A stretch of 64,000 bases of DNA from positions 29,514 to 93,513 of IMG/VR virus record IMGVR_UViG_3300000478_000013. One strand, given 5' to 3'. Both the position numbers and the translations under genes were made by a program. The notes under the pieces were generated by a model that saw only the letters and a list, made by a program, of their open reading frames with translations, did no database searches and was not told the origin of the DNA. How positions within the stretch are numbered: the stretch's first letter is position 1; every line of letters begins with the position of its first letter. Below, one piece after another: positions 1 through 9,282 of the stretch. This DNA is from a virus. Its lineage: Duplodnaviria > Caudoviricetes.

Positions 1-1
1 T

Positions 2-451
2 AGATTCAAACTCGTGGTGATGGACGACCAGAGCGTTTCGCCTAAAGTGCAGGAGGATTGGTTTGAACGTCTTAGGTCAGGGGAACTTTTCTCTCTTCCA
101 TACCTAGTTCTGTTGTCTTCCGACTCCGACGACGATGCCTCCATTACGCAGGGATATGACCTGATGAAGAGGGCGCTGGGCCAAGGTCTTCGTGTCCAGA
201 TAACCGACTCTTCCTCCATACCGTCAGAGAACGTAAGGGACGAATCTGTGTTTATGCTGACTAATTTCTACGACGAGGCCCCCGCAGAGAGGGTCCAACT
301 TGTTAGAGATTGGTGCCACAAGCACAAGTCAAATTTTCGTATACTTTGTACGGCCGGGTCCCCGGACGTCATACTTCGAAGAACTAAGCTCAAGTTCAAC
401 GCTGTATTTTACGTGGACTCCAAGATTGTAATAGAGAGGAGCATGGCGTAA
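2..451 (+). CDS. Hypothetical protein (5'-truncated by window edge), possibly a degenerate helicase loader
   Basis: Frame is open from position 2; alpha/beta pattern; directly upstream of DnaB; no intact Walker A seen. Confidence 0.35.
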   Translation, partial: RFKLVVMDDQSVSPKVQEDWFERLRSGELFSLPYLVLLSSDSDDDASITQGYDLMKRALGQGLRVQITDSSSIPSENVRDESVFMLTNFYDEAPAERVQLVRDWCHKHKSNFRILCTAGSPDVILRRTKLKFNAVFYVDSKIVIERSMA

Positions 452-454
452 AGA

Positions 455-1783
455 ATGAAGGTTATCAGGACAAAGGCCGAGATACGTACTATTCTTTCTT
501 GCTTACAGAGCCCCAAAAAGGTCAAAACAGAACTTCTGAGCAAGCTTCACAGAGACCACTTCGGGTACCTTCCTATGACCAAGGCATTTATGGTCGTAGA
601 ACAGATGATGATTCGGTCAGCTACGGACCTGCCCTCGATGGAGACGTTCCTAGAGGCGCCAGAACTGGAGCAGGACACAGCGGATATCCTTAAGTCTCCT
701 ACAGTCAGTCCGGTACAGACTGTAGATGACGCAAAGAGACTCTTGGAGATACTTGAGTATTACCGGGTAATAAGAAGGTTTTACGCGTTCTCGTCCGACT
801 CGGTAGAAGCGATGGAAACGTCCAACAAACTGGACGTAGCCAAGATTATGAACGACATGGAGATCTGTCTCTCAGACATGCGCACAGAAGCGGATGAGGA
901 GAAGATGTACCATGTAGGAAAGGGAACAGAGGACGAGGATGTCGACGAATTCGTCAAGGAAGTATTCTCTGACGACCCTGTGAAGTTGCTTCCCTCTACG
1001 TTCGGTAACTTTGATAGATACACAGGAGGGTTCGGTACTACCGACCTATTCATACCAGCTTCTCACAAGAAAGGAGGGAAGTCGATACTCACACTCAACA
1101 TGACCTCCAACATGTATGAGCTGAATAATGTTAATGTGATTTACATCCCTCTAGAGATGAACAAGCAAGAGACGGCAGAGCGCCTTCTCTCCAAGTTGTC
1201 AGGCGTAGAGCACAACAAGATAAGAACAAAGACCACCAGCTCTCTTGAGCAGAATGCCCTTATAAAGTCATGGAGAAGGTTCAAGGCACACGGGATAAAA
1301 CACGCTTGCAGATTTACCGTATGGCCTATCTCACACGTAAGCGTCAGCCGATTACGCCTTCAACTCAAGCCGTTCAAATACAACGTAATCGTAATCGACT
1401 ACATCAATCTACTCGACCACCCCAACGCAGACAAGATGAAAGACTGGGAAAAGCTAAATGATTTGGCCAGAGAGCTTAAGTTACTTACCAAGGACTTGAA
1501 TGCCCTGATCGTGGCTCCTACTCAGATGAATGAGGATGGGTCCTTGCGATATGCACGAGGTCTAGCTGAACACGCCAACACAGTCTGGACATGGGTATAT
1601 GGGGAAGAAGAAAAAGGAACGCACATCATCACGGTAGACCAGCCCGCAGTTAGAGGGTGGGCACCGTTCAAGTTTCAGCTGTTAGAAGACTTCTCTAGGA
1701 TGATGATTTCAGACCACGCAGGAGAGTTTAACCCAGACATGGGTAGCAAGACAAGGGTAGACACAATGAAAGGACTCAGATAA
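455..1783 (+). CDS. dnaB: Replicative DnaB-like (SF4) helicase
   Basis: GGFGTTDLFIPASHKKGGKS (Walker A), YIPLEM, VIVIDYINLL (Walker B), LARELKLL...PTQMN. Confidence 0.92.
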   Translation: MKVIRTKAEIRTILSCLQSPKKVKTELLSKLHRDHFGYLPMTKAFMVVEQMMIRSATDLPSMETFLEAPELEQDTADILKSPTVSPVQTVDDAKRLLEILEYYRVIRRFYAFSSDSVEAMETSNKLDVAKIMNDMEICLSDMRTEADEEKMYHVGKGTEDEDVDEFVKEVFSDDPVKLLPSTFGNFDRYTGGFGTTDLFIPASHKKGGKSILTLNMTSNMYELNNVNVIYIPLEMNKQETAERLLSKLSGVEHNKIRTKTTSSLEQNALIKSWRRFKAHGIKHACRFTVWPISHVSVSRLRLQLKPFKYNVIVIDYINLLDHPNADKMKDWEKLNDLARELKLLTKDLNALIVAPTQMNEDGSLRYARGLAEHANTVWTWVYGEEEKGTHIITVDQPAVRGWAPFKFQLLEDFSRMMISDHAGEFNPDMGSKTRVDTMKGLR

Positions 1784-1786
1784 GAA

Positions 1787-2005
1787 ATGCCGAAGGATTC
1801 CCACGTTCAGCTGAACGGAAAGATTAGTGATGTACATCCGGGAGGACAGTTTACTGTCAGACTTGAGAATGGGTCAGACGTAAATGCTAGACTTTGTGGT
1901 AAGATGCGAAAGAATCGAATTCGAGTTATTTTAGGGGATGATGTTCAGGTATCTCTGTCTCCCTACGACCTGACTCATGGCATAATTACATTTAGACACA
2001 AGTAG
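1787..2005 (+). CDS. infA: Translation initiation factor IF-1
   Basis: 72 aa; FTVRLENG...GKMRKNRIRVILGDDVQVSLSPYDLTHGIITFR. Confidence 0.97.
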   Translation: MPKDSHVQLNGKISDVHPGGQFTVRLENGSDVNARLCGKMRKNRIRVILGDDVQVSLSPYDLTHGIITFRHK

Positions 2006-2025
2006 GGGGTCTCTGCAGGCACGAA

Positions 2026-2274
2026 ATGAAGATACAGTGTGGCTCTTGCGGTTTCTTAGGATCTTTCTCTGGTGATATTCCTCCTTCTTCTTGCCCTGTG
2101 TGTAAAAGAGGAAAGATAGAAGTTGTGGGTCGCACCACAGCCTGCTTTTCCTGCGGGACTCAGTTTCCATCAATAGACTCGGCTTGCCCAGCCTGTGGTG
2201 TGGAACGAATATCCAGATACAGGTCAAAAGAGAATTACCACCCAGTAATTCCTGACGAGAAAAAAGATGCCTAA
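2026..2274 (+). CDS. Double zinc-ribbon protein
   Basis: Four CxxC pairs in 82 aa. Confidence 0.7.
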   Translation: MKIQCGSCGFLGSFSGDIPPSSCPVCKRGKIEVVGRTTACFSCGTQFPSIDSACPACGVERISRYRSKENYHPVIPDEKKDA

Positions 2275-2653
2275 TTTTGTGTCTGCTTCTAGCCTTCTTA
2301 GGAAGAAATACGAAGAAAGAAAAGGCGAGTCTGTGAAGGCTTCGCCTTTTCCTGTAAGCGACGTGTGTAAGTCCTGCTGGTACCAGGAAACGTGCATCTT
2401 CCGTACTATCCTTCGGCAGCCGCCAAGATCCTGCTGTGTGTACGAATTATTCGGTGATCTAGGTACACAAGAAACTACGGTAGAAGACCTTGTAAAGTTC
2501 ACGTGTGACACGAGATGTGTAACTAGAAGAGAGTGGGTGGGAGACCCATGTCCCCACGACAGCGTGTATTGCGAGAACTTTTGTCCTGTGTCTAGACACA
2601 TCCTTGGACTTGGTCCTGCACAAAAAGAAGACGTACCATACGATGGATATTGA
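2267..2653 (+). CDS. Cys-rich hypothetical protein
   Basis: Overlaps both neighbours in operon fashion; many Cys. Confidence 0.55.
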   Translation: MPNFVSASSLLRKKYEERKGESVKASPFPVSDVCKSCWYQETCIFRTILRQPPRSCCVYELFGDLGTQETTVEDLVKFTCDTRCVTRREWVGDPCPHDSVYCENFCPVSRHILGLGPAQKEDVPYDGY

Positions 2654-3095
2654 ACACGGACCCAGCTATAGTCTGGTATACCCAAGAATCTACATGGGAG
2701 GTGCTGTAGTTGACGCAGACGGACTCTTTGAAGCCTTCGACGTCGTTGTGCTGAGTGCCAGCGAATGGCAACCAGAAGTTATTCCACCAGACAGAACGAA
2801 GGAAGTTCTACGGATAAGCCTGCATGATGTGGACTCTCACCTAGCACTTGGGCCGGAGGTAAGGTCTAAGTTAGGCTCTTTAATATCTACTCTGGAGAAG
2901 TTTTACCGAGAAGAAAAAAGAATCCTGATAACCTGCATGGCAGGTATGAATAGAAGCGGTCTGGTCACCGCTCTTCTCCTGATGCGTGCCCTTGGTCACA
3001 CTCCAAAGACGGCCATCAATCTTATCCGAGATGCGAGGGGACCCGCTGCCCTGTCTAACCCTACTTTCGTTAGGTACATAGAGAGCCTTAGATGA
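2643..3095 (+). CDS. Dual-specificity/tyrosine phosphatase family protein
   Basis: Catalytic CX5R loop ITCMAGMNRSG; IYMGG; LSNPTF; start moved to ATG 2643. Confidence 0.9.
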   Translation: MDIEHGPSYSLVYPRIYMGGAVVDADGLFEAFDVVVLSASEWQPEVIPPDRTKEVLRISLHDVDSHLALGPEVRSKLGSLISTLEKFYREEKRILITCMAGMNRSGLVTALLLMRALGHTPKTAINLIRDARGPAALSNPTFVRYIESLR

Positions 3096-4168
3096 AAATT
3101 ACACTTGAAGGAACCCACTTTAGGGATGCCATAAGGACCGTAGCTGCTCTGTTTGACGCAGAAGCCTACGCACTACTTACTGCCAGCGAAGAAGCCGGTT
3201 CTCTAATAATCGAGGCAGGCAAGAATGGCGTTTATTGCAGGCAAAACGTGGAGGCAAATATAGAGGAGGAAGGGCAGATAGTGATCTCTGTAGCACACTT
3301 CCTTCGTATGGACTTCTCTGACGTTCTTACGCTTTCTGTAAGCGGTAGCTCTGTTTCCTTCAAATCAGGTAGGACAAAGGGAACCATTGTAGCTTCAGGG
3401 GATGCAGACGGAATAGAGGCGCAGAGACCCAACAAGTCGTTCAAGGCGTCGGTGGCACTCCCTACAGACATACTAAGGGGGGCCCTGTCTCGTATTCAAC
3501 TAGGAAGTACTCTTCCCGGTACACAGATGGCCGTAAGGATACAGGCGGGGGAGAACCTTACGTTGTCCACCACAGACCAATACAGAGCCGCTATCTTTAA
3601 AGAAAAGCTTGCCTTGGCGCAAAGCGAATTTGACGTACTGATGCAACCTGCCTTCCTGTCCTCTGTACTGTCCAGAGTACAGGACGGAGAAACTTGCATC
3701 GGTGCACACAAGGGCACCTTTCGCCTGAAAACCGAATCCATGGATGTTTTCCACCCCGCTATACAGTCTTCGCCTGAGGACATAGAGGACTGGATCGCGA
3801 ACGGCATAGACTACGATTCCTTGGGATGTACGGTTACTACTACGGTGGAGGAGTTGGTGCAGACCCTTAGAGAGGTCAGTGCAATACACATGGGGGCCAT
3901 CGCCTACGACACCCACATAGACTGCCTTATCAAGGGAACAAAGGCCCACTTTAGATGTGTCGCTGACCACGGGTCAACACAAACGTCTCTTGGACTAGAG
4001 AGCAGCACAGCCGAAAAGTTTGCAACGAAACTATCCTCAAAGTACATGCTTGAGCTTTTGAACCTGGTTAAGGCTGGGGAGATAGAAATAAAATTCTGGG
4101 ACACCTTCTTGCTGGTCACTGGGATGTCCGGAAAGTTTAGGGGTCTCATCCCTACGGTGGCCTCATGA
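3092..4168 (+). CDS. dnaN: DNA polymerase III beta sliding clamp-like protein
   Basis: 358 aa, three-domain pattern, LSTTDQYRAA (cf. ATDGHRLA), C-terminal GLIPTV. Confidence 0.75.
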   Translation: MKITLEGTHFRDAIRTVAALFDAEAYALLTASEEAGSLIIEAGKNGVYCRQNVEANIEEEGQIVISVAHFLRMDFSDVLTLSVSGSSVSFKSGRTKGTIVASGDADGIEAQRPNKSFKASVALPTDILRGALSRIQLGSTLPGTQMAVRIQAGENLTLSTTDQYRAAIFKEKLALAQSEFDVLMQPAFLSSVLSRVQDGETCIGAHKGTFRLKTESMDVFHPAIQSSPEDIEDWIANGIDYDSLGCTVTTTVEELVQTLREVSAIHMGAIAYDTHIDCLIKGTKAHFRCVADHGSTQTSLGLESSTAEKFATKLSSKYMLELLNLVKAGEIEIKFWDTFLLVTGMSGKFRGLIPTVAS

Positions 4169-4542
4169 AGACCAAAGAATTCCTAGTGGAGTGGGGAAGC
4201 ATACCGGAGAACTCCATTCACAGGGTCAAGAATGATCTGTGGGCGGTGCGTCTTGGTATAGTGGTAAACAGACCACAAAAGAAGAAATGCGTAGAAGACT
4301 CGTTTCTTATTCTCTCAGAACACCATGGGGAGGGGAACTCCACCCTAGGGTATACCCTCTTACTGAAGAAGGAGTTCCCCCACTTTCTACAGCAGGATTA
4401 CTACTTATCCTTTTTTAGCGATCTGACTACTAGGCATGCGGATCCCAAGGTGGTGTACAAAGACCAAAAGCTATACCTGTACAAGTACGGGACAAAGAAA
4501 CCAAGCTATCAAATGCTTCTTCGTTCAAGGATAGGTAACTAA
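4165..4542 (+). CDS. Hypothetical protein
   Basis: ATGA-coupled ORF in operon. Confidence 0.6.
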   Translation: MKTKEFLVEWGSIPENSIHRVKNDLWAVRLGIVVNRPQKKKCVEDSFLILSEHHGEGNSTLGYTLLLKKEFPHFLQQDYYLSFFSDLTTRHADPKVVYKDQKLYLYKYGTKKPSYQMLLRSRIGN

Positions 4543-4545
4543 CCT

Positions 4546-5283
4546 ATGGCTACCAAAAAGTGTGTAGTGATGGATATAGAAACCATTCCGTCACATAAGG
4601 CCATATTAGACACTCGTGCTACAGACTTCGCACTTCCCGTTTTTCACGAGATCGTGTGTCTTTCCTATGCTGTTCTTGACGACACCTTCAACGTTATGGA
4701 GGTCCGGTCACTAGGCCTGAATAGAGAGTCGGAGAGGGACGTTCTATCCCAGTTCGGAAAGTTGATGAACGAGGAGACCTTGCTTGTCACCTGGGGCGGA
4801 AGACGATTTGACCTGCCTGTCATCTTGTATAGGAGCATGTACTACGGAATACCTTGTCCGTGGTACTTCAAAAGAGACTTCAGTCACAGGTATGATCTTA
4901 CGGGTCATATTGACTTGAAGGACCACATGTCGCTGTGGGGAAGCACAGAAATTATGAAGCTTGACCACATCGCAGCAGCCATAGGACTCCCAGGAAAAAT
5001 GGATGTTACGGGCGCAGACGTGGCCTCTCTATGGGCGAAGAATAGGTTTAAAGAGATAGGCGCATATTGTGTGTCTGATGTAGTACAGACCATGGTGGTT
5101 TTTCTTAGGTGGTCGCTCCTGCGTGGCCTGGCCAGCCCCGGAGAGTTTAACCAATTCCTACGTTCACTAAGCAAGTATGAAGAGAAACTTTATCTAAAGG
5201 AAGCATCTGAGGTATCAGGTGGACTTCAAATGGTAACAAGTAAGTGTAACTTACAATCTCTAATAGTTGATGATGAAGAATAG
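4546..5283 (+). CDS. Stand-alone DEDD 3'-5' exonuclease (PolB-proofreading-like)
   Basis: ExoI DIETIP, ExoII TWGGRRFDLP, ExoIII YCVSDV. Confidence 0.88.
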   Translation: MATKKCVVMDIETIPSHKAILDTRATDFALPVFHEIVCLSYAVLDDTFNVMEVRSLGLNRESERDVLSQFGKLMNEETLLVTWGGRRFDLPVILYRSMYYGIPCPWYFKRDFSHRYDLTGHIDLKDHMSLWGSTEIMKLDHIAAAIGLPGKMDVTGADVASLWAKNRFKEIGAYCVSDVVQTMVVFLRWSLLRGLASPGEFNQFLRSLSKYEEKLYLKEASEVSGGLQMVTSKCNLQSLIVDDEE

Positions 5284-5292
5284 GAAAAACTA

Positions 5293-5784
5293 ATGTCCAT
5301 TTCTTGGGATGAAAATCAAATCACATCGGTTGCTAGTTTTCTACAAGAGAAGCTTCCACTTACCCAAGGTAAGGTGGTAGTTTGTATGGGAGACGTACCT
5401 GAGCGATGCTTTGCAGGATCAGTGAACATAGACGAAAAACAGTTCATACTGCTGACTGGAATCGATATGACCCTCTACGAGATGGTCATTAACATCGTTC
5501 TTGCCTACTCCATAGCCCTTGCCTACGAAGAAAGCGAGTGGACTGCCCTCCCTCCTATGGAATCTCTGTTTGACTCCCACAGAAAAGTGTGCGAAATTAT
5601 GATGGAGCTGAACGAGGAACTGGCAGTAGCATTTGAAGACTACGTAGACATAGTTGAAACCTGGCACTCTGCGCAGGGGGAAGAGTACGGAGGGGAAGGG
5701 AACATAGAAGAAGTCCTGGATGAGTTGGGTGGTCTTCTGTTCTCGAACCCTGACAATAGTAACAAGGACTACGGCTCAAACTAA
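5293..5784 (+). CDS. Acidic hypothetical protein
   Basis: ORF with AGGA upstream; in operon. Confidence 0.6.
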   Translation: MSISWDENQITSVASFLQEKLPLTQGKVVVCMGDVPERCFAGSVNIDEKQFILLTGIDMTLYEMVINIVLAYSIALAYEESEWTALPPMESLFDSHRKVCEIMMELNEELAVAFEDYVDIVETWHSAQGEEYGGEGNIEEVLDELGGLLFSNPDNSNKDYGSN

Positions 5785-5789
5785 ATTAC

Positions 5790-5863
5790 TGGGGGTTCGT
5801 CTAACGGCAGGACTGTGGATTTTGGTTCCATTAATCTAGGTTCGAATCCTAGGCCCCCAGCCA
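5790..5863 (+). tRNA. tRNA-Gln (TTG)
   Basis: Acceptor TGGGGGT/GCCCCCA, anticodon arm GTGGA-TT TTG GT-TCCAT, TTCGAAT T-loop, encoded CCA. Confidence 0.95.
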
Positions 5864-5869
5864 AAACAT

Positions 5870-5943
5870 TCGGGGTTCGTCTAACGGTAGGACGCCAGGT
5901 TCTGGTCTTGGCTATCTGGGTTCGAATCCTAGGCCCCGAGCCA
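5870..5943 (+). tRNA. tRNA-Gln (CTG)
   Basis: Acceptor TCGGGGT/GCCCCGA, anticodon arm CCAGG-TT CTG GT-CTTGG, encoded CCA. Confidence 0.95.
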
Positions 5944-5968
5944 TTTTGAAAACTGAACGGAGTCTTAG

Positions 5969-6211
5969 ATGGGATACCACACTCGCGAGATCAAGAAGGG
6001 TACTCTTGGTGAGACCTCTAAGATACGAGAAGAGCTTGAAGAGCTAGAGGACGCAGAGCTTCAGGGTATACGGATACTGGCTATGTGTGAGCTGGCGGAC
6101 TTGTACGGTGCGCTAGAAGCAAAAGCTCTGAGTATGGGTATTTCCATGCAAGACTTAAGACAGATGTCAGAGGCCACCAAGTCTGCCTTTCTTGACGGGA
6201 GCAGACGGTGA
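5969..6211 (+). CDS. MazG-like all-alpha NTP pyrophosphohydrolase domain protein
   Basis: KIREELEELEDA...ELADLYGAL (EExxE...ExxD). Confidence 0.65.
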   Translation: MGYHTREIKKGTLGETSKIREELEELEDAELQGIRILAMCELADLYGALEAKALSMGISMQDLRQMSEATKSAFLDGSRR

Positions 6212-6813
6212 CCGAAGGGTTTACCTACCCTCTGCTTCCTATTGATTGGTCCCTCATAGGTAGTGCAGTGGATTTCTACGTAAGCAGTGGGTTTTCTTAC
6301 GTAGAAGTTCCTTGGGCTGTTTCAGACCGTGCTATACGCTACACGCTTCCAGAGGGTGCGGTGGACATTAAACTGAGCACGGAATGGGATGCCACTCTTG
6401 TAGGCTCAGCAGAGCAATCTCTCATAGAGCTTAAACTAAGGGGTTCTCTTCCTCCGGGAAAGTTGGTGTCTGTGTCTCCCTGCTTCAGGGGAGAGGCGTA
6501 TACCTCAAAAAGAGAAGCCAGACAACTTACCTTCATGAAGGTAGAGTTATTCGTTCCTGACTCTACTGACTATCTTAGTCTGGCCTATACGGCAGAACAG
6601 TTCTTCTTATATGAGCAGAGGCTTCCTGTAGGAAGAGTTAACACTGACCTTGGAGTAGACCTTTTCTACTCGAATCTTGAGGTGGGGTCCTATGGATGTA
6701 GGACCATAACGCTTCCCAATGGTACTCCATTTACTTGGAGTTACGGAACGGGGTTGGCGGAACCCAGATTCAGTGTGGCAAGGGAACAATTTTTGGGGAG
6801 TTGCAAAAAATGA
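6208..6813 (+). CDS. Minimal class II aminoacyl-tRNA synthetase-like catalytic domain
   Basis: Motif 1-like GFSYVEVP; GSAEQ; motif 2 SPCFRGE...FMKVEL; EVGSYG; motif 3 YGTGLAEPR; no anticodon-binding domain. Confidence 0.8.
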   Translation: MTEGFTYPLLPIDWSLIGSAVDFYVSSGFSYVEVPWAVSDRAIRYTLPEGAVDIKLSTEWDATLVGSAEQSLIELKLRGSLPPGKLVSVSPCFRGEAYTSKREARQLTFMKVELFVPDSTDYLSLAYTAEQFFLYEQRLPVGRVNTDLGVDLFYSNLEVGSYGCRTITLPNGTPFTWSYGTGLAEPRFSVAREQFLGSCKK

Positions 6814-6877
6814 AAATCATTCATGAATTTGTGTCCTTCACCGTCGCGCGGGTTGCGCCCGCGGCGAGGAGGATACA

Positions 6878-7333
6878 ATGGCAAACTACAAGAACAAGAA
6901 ACCCAAGTCTTATAAGGGACACTGCACCCTCTGCAGCCTGAGGACAACCAACGGCAAGAGGAACGGAAGGCAGAGGTCCATCTCAGAACTTAGGGCGGAG
7001 CAGTCAGAGGCCTACTATTGGGATCAGGAGTACTCTTACGAGGAGGACCAATGGGATGACTACTGCTGGGACTCTATCTTTTGGGAAGAGTACAAGGAAA
7101 AAAAGATGAGCGAAATAGACGGACGAGAGAAGTTGATCTACGACCTACGACATGCTCTCGAAATTCTTTGTAACGTAGTAGAGATGGACGAAAGTCCCAA
7201 GCACACATGGGCCTACGAGCACAGCAGAGCACTTCTTTCTGACACTCCTGAGTGGGAGTCGTCGGAAGAATCTGTTTTCTCTAGGGAAAACCAGAAACGC
7301 AGAGAAGAGTACAGAAAGCTGAAGAAGGTGTGA
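6878..7333 (+). CDS. Hypothetical protein (basic CxxC N-terminus, acidic middle)
   Basis: GGAGGA upstream; GTGA overlap with the next gene. Confidence 0.55.
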   Translation: MANYKNKKPKSYKGHCTLCSLRTTNGKRNGRQRSISELRAEQSEAYYWDQEYSYEEDQWDDYCWDSIFWEEYKEKKMSEIDGREKLIYDLRHALEILCNVVEMDESPKHTWAYEHSRALLSDTPEWESSEESVFSRENQKRREEYRKLKKV

Positions 7334-8061
7334 GTATGGGGTTCTTCACTTCCCCAAAAAGGTGGCATCCTTCCCATCCTCCCGATGTTTCTATGGTCCG
7401 AATAGTTTGTATATCGGACACGCATACAGAGGCATCAAACGTAACCATACCTGCGTGTGACATTCTCATTCATGCAGGGGACATCACGTATAGGGGAGAA
7501 CAGGATAAACTAGAGGCGTTCAACAAGTGGGGAGGGAAACTTCCTATTCCTACAGAACGGAAGATCTGCATAGCAGGAAACCACGATGTAAGTTTCCGCA
7601 CCCACCCACAGGAAGCCAGAGGAACTCTTACCAATTGGACCTATCTGGAGGATTCGTCTACTACCCTTTTTGGGTTAAAAATCTACGGTACCCCATGGAG
7701 TCCGAACTTCTACCCAGAGGCGTGGGTATTCAACCAGTCACGGGGCAAAGAAGCGGCTACTAGGTGGGCACAGATTCCAGACGATACGGACATCCTTGTT
7801 GTACATGGTCCTCCATTTGGGTATGGAGATAGGGTAGACGGAGACCTTCATACTCCTGAGAGGACTCATGTGGGATGTGTAGACCTGCTGGATCGTCTGA
7901 GGGAAGTGAAGCCTATCCTCACCGTGTGTGGTCACATACACGAAGACAGAGGGATTTTTACGGCCCCCTGGGGTACAGTAGTTAATGCGTGCGTGATGAC
8001 AGCAGGGTACAAGCCCAAGGGTAAGCCAATTGTAATTGACGTACCAGTTTTTGCAGGCTAA
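7330..8061 (+). CDS. Calcineurin-like metallophosphoesterase
   Basis: SDTH, HAGD, GNHD, HGPP, GHIH motifs. Confidence 0.92.
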   Translation: MSMGFFTSPKRWHPSHPPDVSMVRIVCISDTHTEASNVTIPACDILIHAGDITYRGEQDKLEAFNKWGGKLPIPTERKICIAGNHDVSFRTHPQEARGTLTNWTYLEDSSTTLFGLKIYGTPWSPNFYPEAWVFNQSRGKEAATRWAQIPDDTDILVVHGPPFGYGDRVDGDLHTPERTHVGCVDLLDRLREVKPILTVCGHIHEDRGIFTAPWGTVVNACVMTAGYKPKGKPIVIDVPVFAG

Positions 8062-8070
8062 GGTACCCCC

Positions 8071-8316
8071 ATGTCCAACCACACTAACTACAGGAGAGGA
8101 GAAAAACACCGAACGGAAAACGGACCCAGGCATGAGTCACAAAATCCAGGGAAAGGGTGTAATTCTACCCATGTGGCCAAGGCGAGGTCAGACTGGAAAA
8201 AGAGATTCCACAGAGCGCAACGACGCACAAGCGGAAAGAGTACAGGTGGGTCGTTTAGGAAAGGCCAAGAACTAGAGGACCCTACCTTATCTATTGAGGA
8301 GGATTCAAATGAATGA
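8071..8316 (+). CDS. Small basic hypothetical protein
   Basis: ORF filling the operon gap. Confidence 0.5.
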   Translation: MSNHTNYRRGEKHRTENGPRHESQNPGKGCNSTHVAKARSDWKKRFHRAQRRTSGKSTGGSFRKGQELEDPTLSIEEDSNE

Positions 8317-8548
8317 GGTAGGAAAAGATCTACCGGCCCTGGTTGCACTGGTACGAACACAAGACAGACTGTATAGGCAAAAGCCAGGAATCAAACTAGA
8401 CGTAGATGTGTACGCAAGCAGGTTTAGTAGTGAAGACTCTAGAAGACTATGTCGTGCTATCCTCGGGGATGCGACTGACACTTCTCCTGAAGTCAAGGCT
8501 AAGGCTGATGCGATAAAGAGGTTGGCGTTAGGTAACAGCGCAATTTAA
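8309..8548 (+). CDS. Hypothetical protein
   Basis: GGAGG upstream of ATG 8309. Confidence 0.55.
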   Translation: MNEVGKDLPALVALVRTQDRLYRQKPGIKLDVDVYASRFSSEDSRRLCRAILGDATDTSPEVKAKADAIKRLALGNSAI

Positions 8549-8552
8549 CATT

Positions 8553-8640
8553 GGAGGGATGGCTGAGTGGTCGAAAGCACTCGACTTGAAATCGAGCGTA
8601 CCTGAAGGTACCGTGGGTTCGAATCCCACTCCCTCCTCCA
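8553..8640 (+). tRNA. tRNA-Ser (TGA)
   Basis: GGAGGGA/TCCCTCC acceptor, CTCGA-CT TGA AA-TCGAG, long variable arm GTACC/GGTAC, CCA. Confidence 0.95.
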
Positions 8641-8652
8641 GAAAGGTATCAC

Positions 8653-8883
8653 ATGTTTGGCAACAAAGCACTGGTTCTAGATGAGTTTAGAATTCTCCTG
8701 TCTGCTAAGATAGGATACGAGGAAAAGACGGGTCACGTTTCTTCGCCCCAGGCGCTGACTCATGTAGCTACTCATATGGGCGTGGCGGAGTCACTTGTTC
8801 TCCTTTGGGTACAGGGTCTCGCCAGACCAACCCCTTACGAAGAAAACATGGCTCTTTCCTTGATTAAGGCAGTTCACTCGTGA
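8653..8883 (+). CDS. Small possible HTH protein
   Basis: VATHMGVAESLVLLWVQGLARP resembles a Cro/XRE HTH. Confidence 0.45.
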   Translation: MFGNKALVLDEFRILLSAKIGYEEKTGHVSSPQALTHVATHMGVAESLVLLWVQGLARPTPYEENMALSLIKAVHS

Positions 8884-9047
8884 AACTCACGCTAGAAGCG
8901 GCCGAAAGAATAGCCAAGAAAGTAAACGAGAAGCTTTCTAGCTGGGACGTACCCGTATCTATTCGACCTGGAGTTGTCATTATGATATCTCTGGTGGTCC
9001 GTGAACTCAGAGCCGAGGCCAAGAGCCAGCAAAATACAGACGACTGA
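8880..9047 (+). CDS. Small hypothetical protein (55 aa, not in ORF track)
   Basis: GTGA-coupled start, MKLTLEAAERIAKK...TDD*, ends just before a hairpin. Confidence 0.5.
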   Translation: MKLTLEAAERIAKKVNEKLSSWDVPVSIRPGVVIMISLVVRELRAEAKSQQNTDD

Positions 9048-9049
9048 CC

Positions 9050-9081
9050 CAAAATGGGCACCTACGTAGGTGCCCATTTTG
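9050..9081. terminator. Perfect 32-bp palindrome, probable intrinsic terminator
   Basis: CAAAATGGGCACCTAC|GTAGGTGCCCATTTTG. Confidence 0.7.
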
Positions 9082-9102
9082 CTTTAACCCATAGGGAAAT
9101 AG

Positions 9103-9282
9103 ATGAAATATCTCACAAGTGAACTTGAGGACCATTTTGAAAATAGTATAGACCTCTACTGCCAGAGAATGGAAGAGGGGGACATGGACATGGCGGCTGC
9201 GGCTGCTGCACATGCCGAGCACTACTTAGAGGCGCTCTACTTAGCACAACAGCTACAGACTCTCCTCTCCCCCGAGGTCTAG
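9103..9282 (+). CDS. Small hypothetical protein (59 aa, not in ORF track)
   Basis: MKYLTSELEDHF...LLSPEV*; stop overlaps the stop of the convergent gene (CTAG). Confidence 0.5.
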   Translation: MKYLTSELEDHFENSIDLYCQRMEEGDMDMAAAAAAHAEHYLEALYLAQQLQTLLSPEV

